A stretch of 64,000 nucleotides of DNA from NCBI GenBank assembly GCA_032718475.1, contig JAUCBJ010002835.1, forward strand, positions 1 through 64,000. Direction: 5' to 3'. Below, piece after piece: positions 21,884 to 33,331 of this stretch; within the stretch, counting starts at the first letter, position 1; each line of letters begins with the position of its first letter. The translations under genes were made by a program, and so were the position numbers. Under the pieces are notes generated by a model. It had not been told where the DNA came from. It did not search any database and worked only from the letters and a program-made list of their open reading frames with translations. This DNA comes from Nemertoderma westbladi (lineage: Eukaryota; Animalia; Xenacoelomorpha).

Positions 21884-24052
21884 ATGGGAGCTTCAACTTC
21901 CAACACTCAGTATGGGAAGTCGACAGCGAGAGATTCTAACTATGTCAGCGGGGCCAGTCTGTCCCGCTTCAATATCTGGAAATATCGTCTGTCCAAAATC
22001 GGCCGGCGTCACAAATCAATGCAGTACAGTAAGTTTATGCACGACCTCACGAAGTACTGGACGTCTCAGCAGCTGTCGACGCTAATAGAAGATTACGAAG
22101 GGTTGACCCAACTCCGAGAGTTGGAGGTCAGTGCTGGGTTGGCGAGACCTCGGATCTCCCCGTTGCAGTTCGACTTGAAACGACTCTGCGACGCGCGATC
22201 CAACAACTCGGACGTCGTACTCATCGTGAACGGGGTCGGATTCCCCGCCCACAAGGCGATTCTATCCTGCCGATGCGCCTTCTTCAAGGAGTTACTAACC
22301 ACCGACGCAAAACACGTTGAGCTCGAGCTCCCTGGGATCCCGATCGAGCCGGACATTTTCAACCATCTCCTCCGCTACGTCTACACCGGGGAATTCGGCG
22401 ACACCGAACTGACCCCCGCGGTATTCGCTACACTCGCGCCGTTACATGATAAATTCGGTTCGTTAAACTGCGTCGAAACCGATATGTTAGCGATGCTCAA
22501 GTATCCGGAATTCGCGGACTGTTCGCTTATCTTCGGAAAGACAGACTCCTTCATTATAGAGGAGGACACCTACGTGCACGTTCCACAACTCCGCGTTCCA
22601 TGTCATCGAATTATTCTGTCGGCTCGCTGTCCGTTCTTTCGGAATCTAATTCAACGTAAAACTTTATCGAATAATCAGCATCTAACGATAAATATCGACG
22701 AATCTGTGTTCCATCGGAAGTTTGTGTTTATCGTTCTCTACGTTCTGTACACCGGCTCCATCGACATTCGCGGCCAACTCGCTGCGCTCGTTCCCACGTC
22801 TCCATCTAGCGGTTCCAGTAAGCGCTCGGGTTCGCGTCGAGGATTGCTGGAAGAGGCTGGGAATCTGTACCAAGTCGGGGAGTTCCTCGAGATCCCGAGT
22901 CTATCGTTCGCCTGCGAGACCGTTATGGTTGAGATCCTATCGGTTGAGACGGTCGGCTGGTTGCTCTCGTGGAGTTGGGAGCCCCACGGCTCGGCTTGGG
23001 TGCGACGCAACTCGTTGCGTTTCCTCTGCGACGAATTCCTCGCCGTCGCCAGCTCGTCGGCGTTGTTCGAACTCGAGCGACCGGCGTTGCTCGCCGCCTT
23101 CCACTCCGACTTCACGCAGTCGACTGAGTCAGAACTAATGGACGCCGCGATAAAGTGGGGCGAAAATAAAATACAGTTGGCGTCGCAGAGAAGTAACTCA
23201 GTGAAATATAATAAAAAGCAGAAAAAGTTCGAGTTGAGTTTCTCTGAGTTGCGGGAAAGTATCGCGGATTTACTCGAGTGCGTTCGGTTCGAACACATCG
23301 TCTATAAGAACTCGTCGAACTCGATTAAACGGGAGCTGCTCTCGGGGGTGCAGCCGTCGGCGAACGCGTGGCTCCGCGGGCGTCCGGGGTACCGGGAACC
23401 CCGACTGTTCGTCCCTCTCCTCCAGGAACTCCGTTCGCTGAGCGCCGACGCCGTCGGGCTGCGTTGCAGCAGCGCGCATAACCTCGCCGCCCTCCCTGAC
23501 GCGCTCTACATGGTGGAGTCCCGCTGGCAGCCCGCCGTGTCCGGCGCGGTGTCCGTGTGTCCGGACGCTCGCGTCTCCGCCGGACTCGTCCCACTCCCCC
23601 CTCGGGATGCCGTGATCGCGATGATCCAGCGGGAGTCCCATCTGCGAGAGAACCCGCTGTTCCGAGCCGCTCTCGAGTCGGCGACCCTGGATCCCTCCCG
23701 GGTCCTCCGACTCCTCCGCCTCATCGTTGTTCGCGAGTTCGGATTCCTCGACGACGCGGTGGAAGTCCTCCTGGATCCGTCGCGGTTCTACGGCGACTCG
23801 CTGGTCTCTCCGAGCCGCTACGTCTGTCCGTACTGGACCGCGCCACCAGTCGCGCGGCCCCACCTGGAGGGCGCGCCCGAGAGCGCCCCCGCCCCCGTGG
23901 CGGTCGCGCCCAACGAGATCTACCGAACTGCGAGCGCGAGTCTACCCAACGTCCGCTCCCATCGACGACGCAGTCTGCGAGCGACCGGGGCCGCCCCCAT
24001 GGATCGATCCACCTGGAGTAACACGATGCCGGATGTCGCGAAGATTAGCTGA
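21884..24052 (+). CDS. BTBD7: BTB/POZ domain-containing protein 7 homolog, single ORF
   Basis: MGASTS myristoylation-type start, two BTB domains (FPAHKAILSCRCAFF; VPCHRIILSARCPFF), BACK-like region, HGSAWVRR and PRLFVP motifs recalled from BTBD7. Confidence 0.88.
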   Translation: MGASTSNTQYGKSTARDSNYVSGASLSRFNIWKYRLSKIGRRHKSMQYSKFMHDLTKYWTSQQLSTLIEDYEGLTQLRELEVSAGLARPRISPLQFDLKRLCDARSNNSDVVLIVNGVGFPAHKAILSCRCAFFKELLTTDAKHVELELPGIPIEPDIFNHLLRYVYTGEFGDTELTPAVFATLAPLHDKFGSLNCVETDMLAMLKYPEFADCSLIFGKTDSFIIEEDTYVHVPQLRVPCHRIILSARCPFFRNLIQRKTLSNNQHLTINIDESVFHRKFVFIVLYVLYTGSIDIRGQLAALVPTSPSSGSSKRSGSRRGLLEEAGNLYQVGEFLEIPSLSFACETVMVEILSVETVGWLLSWSWEPHGSAWVRRNSLRFLCDEFLAVASSSALFELERPALLAAFHSDFTQSTESELMDAAIKWGENKIQLASQRSNSVKYNKKQKKFELSFSELRESIADLLECVRFEHIVYKNSSNSIKRELLSGVQPSANAWLRGRPGYREPRLFVPLLQELRSLSADAVGLRCSSAHNLAALPDALYMVESRWQPAVSGAVSVCPDARVSAGLVPLPPRDAVIAMIQRESHLRENPLFRAALESATLDPSRVLRLLRLIVVREFGFLDDAVEVLLDPSRFYGDSLVSPSRYVCPYWTAPPVARPHLEGAPESAPAPVAVAPNEIYRTASASLPNVRSHRRRSLRATGAAPMDRSTWSNTMPDVAKIS

Positions 24053-24793
24053 AATACTTCGTGACTGGGGGGGGGGGGGGGGGGGGGATCCGCTAATTAT
24101 CGTCCTTTAAGGGTGATTTATTTACAGTGAGTTAAGTTAGTTGCGACAGGTTCACTTGCCATGAGATTATTGTAGGTTGTCCCAGTCCCTACAGATAGTC
24201 GTGCGTGTTGGTTGTAATGGTTTACTCCAGACACAAATCTATTTTTAGGTGCTTTTTGCAGATATTTGTGCAATTTTTCATGGCGATTGAACCTGTAGAG
24301 ATATATAACGAATTATATAGAGCAATAATGGTCGGGTTCTAAAGGCCTGGAATATCCGTCATATCATATATATATGCGGCGGCTCAATAATGTGATTTTT
24401 GATATTTTATTTTATTTTTTATTCGGTACTTTAAGTCGTTTATTGACGTTCTTATTTAACAGGGAAACGTTTTGTGCAAGTTTACATGGAGAAGCACAAA
24501 ATAGCTCAATTATTAAGCTGTTTTTGTTGCATTGATTTCTTTTTTTTTATTATTATTTGTTTACCTTTGTAACCCGTAGTCAGAAAACGAATCAGTCGTC
24601 TCGTACAGTAGAATTAAGTATAATTACTTTTTTATCAATAATTATTAAACCACGACGTAATTGCTGCCACTGATCAATAGAATGTAGATATAAAGACATG
24701 GGAACTGTTTTATGTGCATAAATGTTTTTATCTTCAGAGCGTCAAATAATATGTAAAGCGGTTGGTTGTCTCGATGTGCAGTGCACCAGTGTA

Positions 24794-25451
24794 GGGATCG
24801 ACTGGGAAAATATGCCTGTTTAGCGGCACAAATTATATTTTTAATTTTTGTTTCGTTCTCTGTGGCAACAAATTGCTTGGCTTTAAGTTTACCTTCTTTT
24901 CACCCAGTTTTTTTTATCTGAAAATGAAAAATATATTTATATAAAAATTTCCATATACAATAACACAAATATATGTTAAGGTAAAACTTGTGTTGGAATG
25001 CTGCACATGTGGTTGTATTCTAGCTGTAATGATAAGATTTTTGTCGTTCTAAATTTTTAGTCCCTTTAATGCAAATTATATTTCTCAACATCATTTAGAT
25101 GATTCATAGCAAAGTAAGTTAATTAAGAATTGTCGAAATAGAGCCGCGTGGTTCTCGAGGTGAAAAACTATTGATTATTGTAATAATTTTATTTATTTAC
25201 TATTTACAAGGATTAGCTGAAATGAAAAAAGTTAACAAAAAATAGAAAGATTAGAAATTGCATTCCATCTACATTGTCATAATTTCAAGCGAATATTGTA
25301 ATATGTTTATGTACTACACTTTCCAACACCATTAGTTTTTGGTTTCAATCTCCTAGCGACCGGTCGTTTTCAATTTATTAATTTATTTTTAAATGGAGTA
25401 AATTTCACTCTCCAGCCAATCGGCTAACCTATTACACACCCAGTCGATCCC
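24794..25451. mobile_element. Possible degenerate MITE
   Basis: 13-bp inverted repeat gggatcgactggg / cccagtcgatccc; no TSD seen. Confidence 0.35.
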
Positions 25452-25758
25452 CAACATTATTATGCATGTTTATACTGAGTCATTAAAAATAAAAACAAGG
25501 TCCGCGTGGATATTGTATATTTATTTTATTTCATGCTTCCGGTCAATATGTTTTCCCCGCGCATATCATATACTTATTGATTTCATTCCTGTCTCACGTC
25601 TCGGTCTTGTACAACATGTAAAAGAGTGAGGGACTCTTAAGGCGCCGTCTTCATCTTCAATCATACAAAACCCCATTAAAAAAGTAACTTCCATTCTAAT
25701 ACATGTCGAGGTAAATTTATCAAATTTTAAGAATAATTCAACAATATTAATTTTAGAT

Positions 25759-26180
25759 CAGTTTTTAGGTCCGCGAATAGAGATACAGTAGCCACTCTGT
25801 CTGTTTTTAGGTCCGCGAATAGAGACACAGTAGCCACTTTGTCTGTTTTTAGGTCCGCGAATAGAGACACAGTAGCCACTCTGTCTGTTTTTAGGTCCGC
25901 GAATAGAGACACAGTAGCCACTCTGTCTGTTTTTAGGTCCGCGAATAGAGACACAGTAGCCACTCTGTCTGTTTTTAGGTCCGCGAATAGAGACACAGTA
26001 GCCACTCTGTCTGTTTTTAGGTCGGCGAATAGAGACACAGTAGCCACTCTGTCTGTTTTTAGGTCCGCGAATAGAGACACAGTAGCCACTCTGTCTGTTT
26101 TTAGGTCCGCGAATAGAGACACAGTAGCCACTTTGTCTGTTTTTAGGTCCGCGAATAGAGACACAGTAGCCACTCTGTCT
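25759..26180. repeat. 42-bp minisatellite, ~10 copies
   Basis: Unit gtttttaggtccgcgaatagagacacagtagccactctgtct, nearly homogeneous. Confidence 0.97.
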
Positions 26181-26215
26181 ATTTTTTCTGGTTCTCGATT
26201 CTACTAAAAGTTTAC

Positions 26216-26285
26216 TCACTTGGTTTAGCGGTACTCACTTGACTTTATAATTCGAGATTCCGAGTTCGAATCCACATTGAGATCT
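26216..26285 (+). other. tRNA-derived SINE-head-like remnant
   Basis: A-box-like TGGTTTAGCGG and B-box-like GTTCGAATCC; no complete cloverleaf. Confidence 0.4.
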
Positions 26286-26388
26286 TATGTATTTTTTGAA
26301 GAACTTCTTGGTTTTTTCAAGTTCTTGCATTGGGAATTAATTTTTTTTGGTAATATTTATTTAATTTTATTTATTTAATTTATTTATC

Positions 26389-27200
26389 TGTACGATGGGT
26401 CGACGACATTTGTTTCTACCGCTGATGGTGACACAGATCCATTCGAAGTCTTAGGAGGAGTCCTTCAGGGCGACACACGTGCACCATTCTTATTAATAAT
26501 TCTGGTTGACTATGTTCTACGCCAGTCCTTAGATCATCATAATAACGACGGGGTGATGGTAACTCCACCTACTGGCTCCAGAAGCTGTGTAAACCCAGTC
26601 CTAACTGATTTTAACTTTGCTGATCACTATAGAGGGAGCCCAACGGCTCCATAGCTCATTAGAACAGGCTGCTTCTAGTGGTGGTCTTTTTGTTTACCCC
26701 CAAGAAGACCAACATTTTGACATCTAACTTTTGAAAGTCCTCAGGAAATGTCAGATCGTATGAGCATAAGCTCAAAGGATGGTAGGCCCTATGTTGACAG
26801 GGTGTATAACAACCGGGAAAACCCGGAGAAAAAATAAAACCGGGAAAATAACGAACTATGTTATATACCATGTTTGAACATGTGGTCGAGGACTGCTGAA
26901 GATGCCAAGTCTCTGGATGGCACATTTACAAGAATGCTACGTCGGGTTCACTGTGTTAAGTACAATGCACACATCTCCAACCGGACACTATTTAACATTG
27001 GAGGTGTCTCATTGGTTCCCCAAGCTTGACACTAGAACAAAGCCGCCACCGCTTTGCAGGACATTGTTTCCCCGTGAGGACCAGCCTGAGCAAAATCTTG
27101 TGCTTTGGCGGCCTCATGGAGAAAATAATCATTGTGGGCAGCCCATGACTTTCTTGAGACGCTTCTTAAAGAACACTGGTCTAGAAGATGCGGTTAATCT
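26389..27200 (+). pseudogene. RTE-clade LINE reverse transcriptase / 3' fragment
   Basis: GVLQGDTRAPFLLIILVDYVLR, DFNFADH, LDGTFTRMLRR, FAGHC; frame breaks present. Confidence 0.8.
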
Positions 27201-27249
27201 CGCGAGAGTCGGCATAGCATAGTTGATGAGCCGGCATAGCATTCTTAAT

Positions 27250-27655
27250 GCACGCTGTATTAGGCTTGTCAATTGTGGATGCATGGTGGTGAAAAAATAT
27301 TTTTGTTGAGCCAGGATAGCATCTCCTTAATGTGCAGCTTCAATGCAGCAGGCCGAGTAGTAGAAGGCCCTGTCCTCTATGAACAATGGATTGTAGTCCT
27401 GCAGGTCTCCTACCCGGTCACTCAGTGAATCGAAAAGACTCTATGATGCGCCCCGCCCACCACACTGCATACTTGCCTAGAATGATAACGAGGTTTGACC
27501 ACCATCGAGTCATGTGGCTCATTTGACACACCAATGAGTCCATCCTACAAGACCACGAGGACATATGGGCATTCGGGGAGATTTCCGGAGATATCTCCTC
27601 CGTCAAAGGCAACAATTTCCTCGCCATCGTGGATCACTGGCACATTCCCCTGTAA
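27250..27655 (-). pseudogene. Possible L1/Tx1-type ORF2 C-terminal remnant
   Basis: NLVIILGKYAVWWAGR resembles the Tx1 terminal motif. Confidence 0.35.
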
Positions 27656-27659
27656 GAGT

Positions 27660-27957
27660 GGGTTACATACAGCTCGGTCACAAGTGAGTTACAGCTCGGT
27701 CACAAGTGAGTTATAGATCGGTCACAAGTGAGTTTCAAGTCGGCTACCCACAAGTGAGTAACAGCTTGGTCACAGGTGAGTTACGGCACTGTCATGAGTG
27801 TGTTACTACAGCTCGGTCATTAGTTGGTTACAGCTCGGTCACGGGTGGGTACAGCTCTGTCACTTTAGTGAGTTTCAGCTCGGTCTCAAGTGAGTTACGT
27901 TACAGGTCGGGTCACAAGTGAGTTACAGCTCGGTTACAGGTGAATTACAGCTCGGTT
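27660..27957. repeat. ~22-bp degenerate minisatellite
   Basis: Repeated tacagctcggtcacaagtgagt. Confidence 0.9.
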
Positions 27958-28760
27958 CCAATATTCCAATGAGCTGGGTAGCCTACTACCAATTATTATA
28001 GTAACGGCTGACCGGTATTACAATTTAGTGTTATTATTAATCTGTAAATCTAATCTGTATCCTGCTGTATCAGGCTTGCATACCTGTCAGAAGAAGCTGC
28101 CGAGTATACAATTGTGAACATCATTTTATCAATGTTCCTCATCATAAAATCATTTAAATTTATTGTCAAAAGATGCGCAAGACTCTCAGCTTTCAATTGG
28201 TATAAGCCACGTGTAAAATGATTAAATGTGTATTTGAATAGATCTAAAATCGCCGTCCATTAGAAACAAGATACAGGTCACTTTATATTATAATAAAGGT
28301 CAATCATCAGATCACTTTATTGAAGTGACATCAAATCTGTAGCAGCCAATCAGAGCCGATTTTCAATATTGGCTTCCCTCGCTTACCTAAACCCGTCACT
28401 CGATTCCGGGCACCTTGTTACCCCTTATACTTCTAGCCCAACAATTTTTTCGCGCACCAACTCTATTCAACCGAATAATGTAATAATACTGTATGTACCG
28501 TTGTATCTATGAAATAAATCCTGACTGTTCGGCTAATGGTTGTTTGTGATAAGGAATGCGCTCCAGGTACATTAATTTGGAATTCATAATTATTATTGGC
28601 GCGGTAAGGGTAATAGAATAGGCCTGATAATCGTTCAGTTGTATTACTGGCAGACTGGTATTAATTACCCCAGAATTGTCCTGTTTTTATTTGTGTTGTA
28701 TTACTGTACTGTATTGTATATCAATAAATTGTTTTAAATTGCCGTTAAACTTTTCCAGAA

Positions 28761-28992
28761 AGGGGCAAACTGGACGCAATAAAAATTCATGCATCTTCAG
28801 GGGAAATTCGACGCAAATAAAAGCTGATTACTCTCAAAAATAAAACTGTAACCTGTTTTATTGTGTTTAGTTTATTGTTTTGGTTAAAATAACGTGCCAC
28901 TGTAACCTGCTCCTTACCCTAAATTGAGAATTTAACATTGAGGCGGGATATTAATTCGCCAAAGCGGGTTTTGCGTCCAGTTTCCCCCCTTG
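28761..28992. mobile_element. MITE with a diverged inverted relative at ~37290-37515
   Basis: TIR aaggggcaaactggacgcaa / ttgcgtccagtttcccccctt; internal atattaattcgcc and ttttggtta(a/g)aataacgtgcc shared with the 37.3-kb copy. Confidence 0.65.
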
Positions 28993-29337
28993 TCTCAAAT
29001 TTTCAATAGGGTAATATTGCATTTATTATAATTATATTTATATAATATAAATATTCGATATTATTATTTAAAAAGATTGATCAATAGGCACAATATATAG
29101 ACATATGCCATAATGCCAATATAAAAAATTGATTGATTTCTTTCTTGTTTAAATGTCAGTAGCCTATTGATTCTCGCTATCAATATCAATAATAATTGTT
29201 TAGTTTGCAAATGCATACTGCAATAGGCTTGATAATACATTTAGGCCTGCATTGTCCGTAAACTAGGTCAGGTCTACTGTATCCTAATACAGAAGGCCTA
29301 ATATCAGTATAATAACTACTTTGTCGGTATATGCGTG

Positions 29338-31878
29338 ATGGACACCGACATGAACTCTGATACTATGGTGGAAAGTGACGCAGAACCTCTGAAAGATTTA
29401 GTAATCCGTGCGTGGCGTCATCGCTGGAACAATGTTGAATGGGGCGTTCATTTGAAGCGTAGCATACCGGAAGAGTTCGATTGGAACAATAATAAGTTCC
29501 CCCGACTAATCGTACAGCAGGCGATGCTGGGACCGAGTCCCAATGAGTTGGTTATGTCTTACCTGCGACAGACAGTGGTTGGCCGTGTGGTTAGTCTCCC
29601 CGCTGCTCTTGAAGCTGTTTCTATGTACATGTACAACCCCGGGGAACAGCAATCATTTGTGCTCTACCTCATTCAGTTTATCCAACAATTGGTACGAGAT
29701 GTTGAATGTAGCGATGGGATTAAATTGGGGAATTCGCTCTTATTAGTTCTTCTATGGTCTCTTAACTACATCGTTAGCATCATATCAAGTAATCCCAGCA
29801 ACCACAAAGTCGACAAGGCCGTGGAGAGTGTGAGCAAGTTGGTGGATGGACTGAATGATCAACCATCTAGACGTTGGCTCATCTACATAGCGGCGATAGA
29901 ATTCCCCGATAAATGGGAACAAATCGTCTCGATGTGCGATATCATTAGCGGAACAAATTATTCAGAAATATCGAACAAAATAAAATCATTATCAACGCCT
30001 CCTCGATCCAAATGTTATATCGCTGCTGATAGTTACAGCAAACGCCACCCAGCCATAAAGTTAGTTATAACCACACATGTATTGGACAGCAAGTTGCGAC
30101 GTCAGAAAGACAACCTGGTTAGAGCGTTGTTATCCTTGAGTCGCTTCTTTAGTATATCGTGTCAACAACTTTGTTGCGAAGTATTACTCGTTGCCTTTAG
30201 CGGCCTTATCGAAGTAGAGAAGATAACATACATAGACCCTCGGGGGTTAACAGTTTACAGATGGTGCTCTTTTGTTTACTTACAGTTACCCTATATTATA
30301 GCGGATATTCTATCCGAATCCAAACAGAATCCAGCGAGTCTGCTGGGGTTGGCGTTCAAGGAATCGCCGGATCGTTGTGATTCCATATATCCGATGGGGC
30401 GACTCGTTGTCTTCCTCGGCCGGTTGGAAGTTCTAGGATTCGTAACATCGGCCGATTATAAACAGCTGTCCCTCCAGATTGGGCAGACCCACCCGGCATC
30501 GGGCCCCCACGCAGAATCGACGAAGATTTCCGTGACTATACGAAGGTCCCTCGAAAGCGCCGCAGTTGTGGACAAACTGATTGAATCCCTCACCAAGGAT
30601 CCCACAGACAAACATTGTCTCGCCGCTCTAACTACCCTATTGGCTACCACCAATATAGATGAATTCGTTATAACCTGTGCGTCGCTCAGCCGATTGGCCG
30701 AGCTACGGACTCTCCTACTTGCTATCAACCAATCAGCAGTCATTAAACCCGTATCCGATAGCGACGCCTTGGCTTTGTTCGACATCACAGCATTGCTGTT
30801 GTACAGCGTTGCAATTAAACACGGGACTCCAATTGGACATAATTTATTTGCACTTTGGTTTAATGAGAGCATCACCCTGCGTAAACAATCAAATGGCACT
30901 AGTTACCGTCCTTCCCTGCAATACCTTGTTGCCGGAACACCGGAAGATATCCCAATAGCCGAGTTATTTATACATTTCGATGATGTCATACAACACATAC
31001 TGTTCGCTATGAAGGCGGAACGAACTTCCCAGAAGGGTCTGTCTAACTTCCTCGGTTTCCTTAGTAACAGATGTTGCTTCGCTATGCTCGGACTTTCCGA
31101 ATGGCGACAGGAGATAGCCGTTACTACGGCGACGAGTTACGCGACCCTCTGCGGGTGGATCCGTTGCCAGACTGCCGCTGGGCCACCTAGCGACCGCTAC
31201 AGTCTAGCGCTGTCCTTATTGGACAACCGCTCGGAGTCGGAGCAACCGTTGCATCTAAAGGAACTTCTAACCGAGTTGGTATCAACCGGATCTAACGTCT
31301 TCCCCTTAGCGAGTACGTTGGATTCCGTCCTCCCAACATCCAGCCCTTCCCATGTCCTACTGACCACGCTTCTCTCGTATACTCGCAACGACGACGTGAA
31401 CGCAATGTATTGCCTCGCCCTCGCGGTTATACTAATGGACGTTAGGCGGTTAACGCATTCCCTTATTACAATGACTATCCCGCGTTTAGTAGCCACGGGT
31501 TGCGTCCAAGAACCCCATGTGGCGGTTGTAGCGTCCCTAGTGGTTACCAGTATACAGGCGGCCACATACGTGTCCCGCTCCCCTGGGGACATGTCCCGGT
31601 CCCCTGGAGACATGTCCCATCCACACAACTCCAGCACAGATATAGAACCACTTATTTTTCTTGAGAATTTATTATCGTATAAACACGGCGTCCCGTTGCT
31701 ACGGGAGATTGCCGCACTCGCTCCAGACCTAATTAAGTCGATGACTCCGACACTTTTAGAACGGATATTCCCATATGGGTGTCCAGTTGCCATGGATACT
31801 ATTGTGAGTTGTTATAAACTCGATTCCAGCGACGGTCGTATCGAATGTGCACGGCGGGTCTGCATATTGGATAACTAA
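29338..31878 (+). CDS. MED24: Mediator complex subunit 24, single ORF
   Basis: N-terminus LKDLVIRAWRHRW..W...LK...QQAMLGPSPNELVMSYL and ALFDITALLL match MED24 as recalled; first ATG at 29338. Confidence 0.88.
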   Translation: MDTDMNSDTMVESDAEPLKDLVIRAWRHRWNNVEWGVHLKRSIPEEFDWNNNKFPRLIVQQAMLGPSPNELVMSYLRQTVVGRVVSLPAALEAVSMYMYNPGEQQSFVLYLIQFIQQLVRDVECSDGIKLGNSLLLVLLWSLNYIVSIISSNPSNHKVDKAVESVSKLVDGLNDQPSRRWLIYIAAIEFPDKWEQIVSMCDIISGTNYSEISNKIKSLSTPPRSKCYIAADSYSKRHPAIKLVITTHVLDSKLRRQKDNLVRALLSLSRFFSISCQQLCCEVLLVAFSGLIEVEKITYIDPRGLTVYRWCSFVYLQLPYIIADILSESKQNPASLLGLAFKESPDRCDSIYPMGRLVVFLGRLEVLGFVTSADYKQLSLQIGQTHPASGPHAESTKISVTIRRSLESAAVVDKLIESLTKDPTDKHCLAALTTLLATTNIDEFVITCASLSRLAELRTLLLAINQSAVIKPVSDSDALALFDITALLLYSVAIKHGTPIGHNLFALWFNESITLRKQSNGTSYRPSLQYLVAGTPEDIPIAELFIHFDDVIQHILFAMKAERTSQKGLSNFLGFLSNRCCFAMLGLSEWRQEIAVTTATSYATLCGWIRCQTAAGPPSDRYSLALSLLDNRSESEQPLHLKELLTELVSTGSNVFPLASTLDSVLPTSSPSHVLLTTLLSYTRNDDVNAMYCLALAVILMDVRRLTHSLITMTIPRLVATGCVQEPHVAVVASLVVTSIQAATYVSRSPGDMSRSPGDMSHPHNSSTDIEPLIFLENLLSYKHGVPLLREIAALAPDLIKSMTPTLLERIFPYGCPVAMDTIVSCYKLDSSDGRIECARRVCILDN

Positions 31879-32090
31879 TGTCACAATTGCTTTTATATTT
31901 AATGTTTACTTATATCAATCGACGTTGAAAAACATTAAATCCAACAAAATTAAAAATAATTATAATTTTATAATTGCGGAGAATCTCAAACTTCTTTAAG
32001 CAACGAAGTTGTACGGCGCTGTTCCCAGAATGCCATAATGTTTTAATTGTCATTAGACTCATTTGGTAATCAAACAAAAACTTTTGATAT

Positions 32091-32493
32091 GTGGGGCGAG
32101 CCACGTAAGTCCAGGTGAGCCCCAGCGGAGGCGTATAATTAGTGGACACGTTGAATCATGGATGAAATGGAACCAAACTTGATACACATGTAGTCTATCA
32201 AAAGTTTAGAAATTCTACAGAGGAACACACTTCTGTAGTTCATCTGTCTGCCGCTAGGGGATGAATTGACAGAAACGTAGAAGTAGCTGTACTTATAGAA
32301 CCAACCTTCAGATTCGTCTTAAATTTGGTAGGAGTGACCTACGAGCATTGCTGAATAAAGAAAGTCTGATCACAGACAGACTTCTATACTCTATAGTACA
32401 TCTGTTTGCCGCTAAGGGGCGAATGACTAGGTCCACTAATTATATCTCTACGCAAAGGCTCATCTGGACTTACGTGCGGCGCGAAGTCCCCAC
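32091..32493 (+). mobile_element. HINE/DINE-1-like non-autonomous element
   Basis: gtggggcgagccacgtaagtccaggtgagcc ... ggctcatctggacttacgtgcggcgcgaagtccccac. Confidence 0.65.
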
Positions 32494-33015
32494 GTACGTA
32501 TTAACTATTAATAGATCTAGGTCTAGATCAGGTCAATCTAGGAAAAAAGTGGGGGAAATCCAAAACTATTTCGCAATTCATCCCAATCAAATTTTCTTCA
32601 TTATACTTTTTACAAAGTTGCTAATTCCCCAAAAAACCGTCTTAAAAATCTATGCGATCATGTTGCATTCCTTGGCAACGTGGATTTTAGTATTTTACAT
32701 AGCAACCAAGAAGCTTGGAGCTAAGGTAGGCCTGCTAAGGAGCTTGGTAAGATTGAGATATTTCCCATATTTTGTGAAAACAAACTTTACTCCAATGACT
32801 ATCGATTAACTGAACTACAGTATACACTATTAGGCCTACATACTGTAGTTACCAATTTAGTTTCCGAAGCAAAGGAAATTTGACAAATTATGTAACCATT
32901 TTTTGTTAAACTATCGAAATTGTCGGTTTAAGTATGCGCGCGAAGCCAATTTTGAAAATCGGATGTGAATGGCTATTACAGATATAACATCAGAAGTCGG
33001 CCATCGTTAATAATA

Positions 33016-33331
33016 AATGAATTGGTTTATTAATATCACCTGGCAGGTGGCAGCAATACTCGAGCTGAATATTTATTTATTTGTACTTCCCTCCTGTTTC
33101 ACTCTAACATCTTGAGGCCGGTAGGTCCGCTGTTAGAGATGGATATGCAACTTAAGACTGCCTGTTCAATAGAAGTGGATTAGGTGGGATAGTGAATGTC
33201 AGGGACAAGTCGCTGTACTGGTTAGCGCTACTGATGAGGCCTGATAGGGTGAAACGTACGTATAGCGCTGGTTCAACCCCCGGTGACGCGCTTTCTCATT
33301 TTTTCAATTTCTGAACAAAACCATAATATTA
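33016..33331 (+). mobile_element. Retrozyme / Penelope-related short insertion
   Basis: 316 bp flanked by a 14-bp direct repeat catcgttaataata (33002-33015, 33332-33345); contains a hammerhead motif. Confidence 0.65.
33220..33273 (+). ncRNA. Minimal type I hammerhead ribozyme
   Basis: Stem I AGCGCTA/TAGCGCT (extendable by G-U pairs), CTGATGA, imperfect stem II GGCCT-GAT-AGGGT, GAAA, palindromic stem III ACGTACGT, GUA cleavage triplet. Confidence 0.8.

Noticed and set aside
22093-24110. Overlapping and antisense ORFs in BTBD7 (likewise in MEAK7, MED24 and ECE)
   Set aside because: Shadow ORFs of GC-rich coding sequence with no recognisable domains.
25727-26219. ORFs with 14-aa repeats
   Set aside because: Artefact of the 42-bp minisatellite, which is open in several frames on both strands.
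26216-26285. Functional tRNA gene
   Set aside because: A/B-box-like motifs only; the acceptor and anticodon stems do not form.
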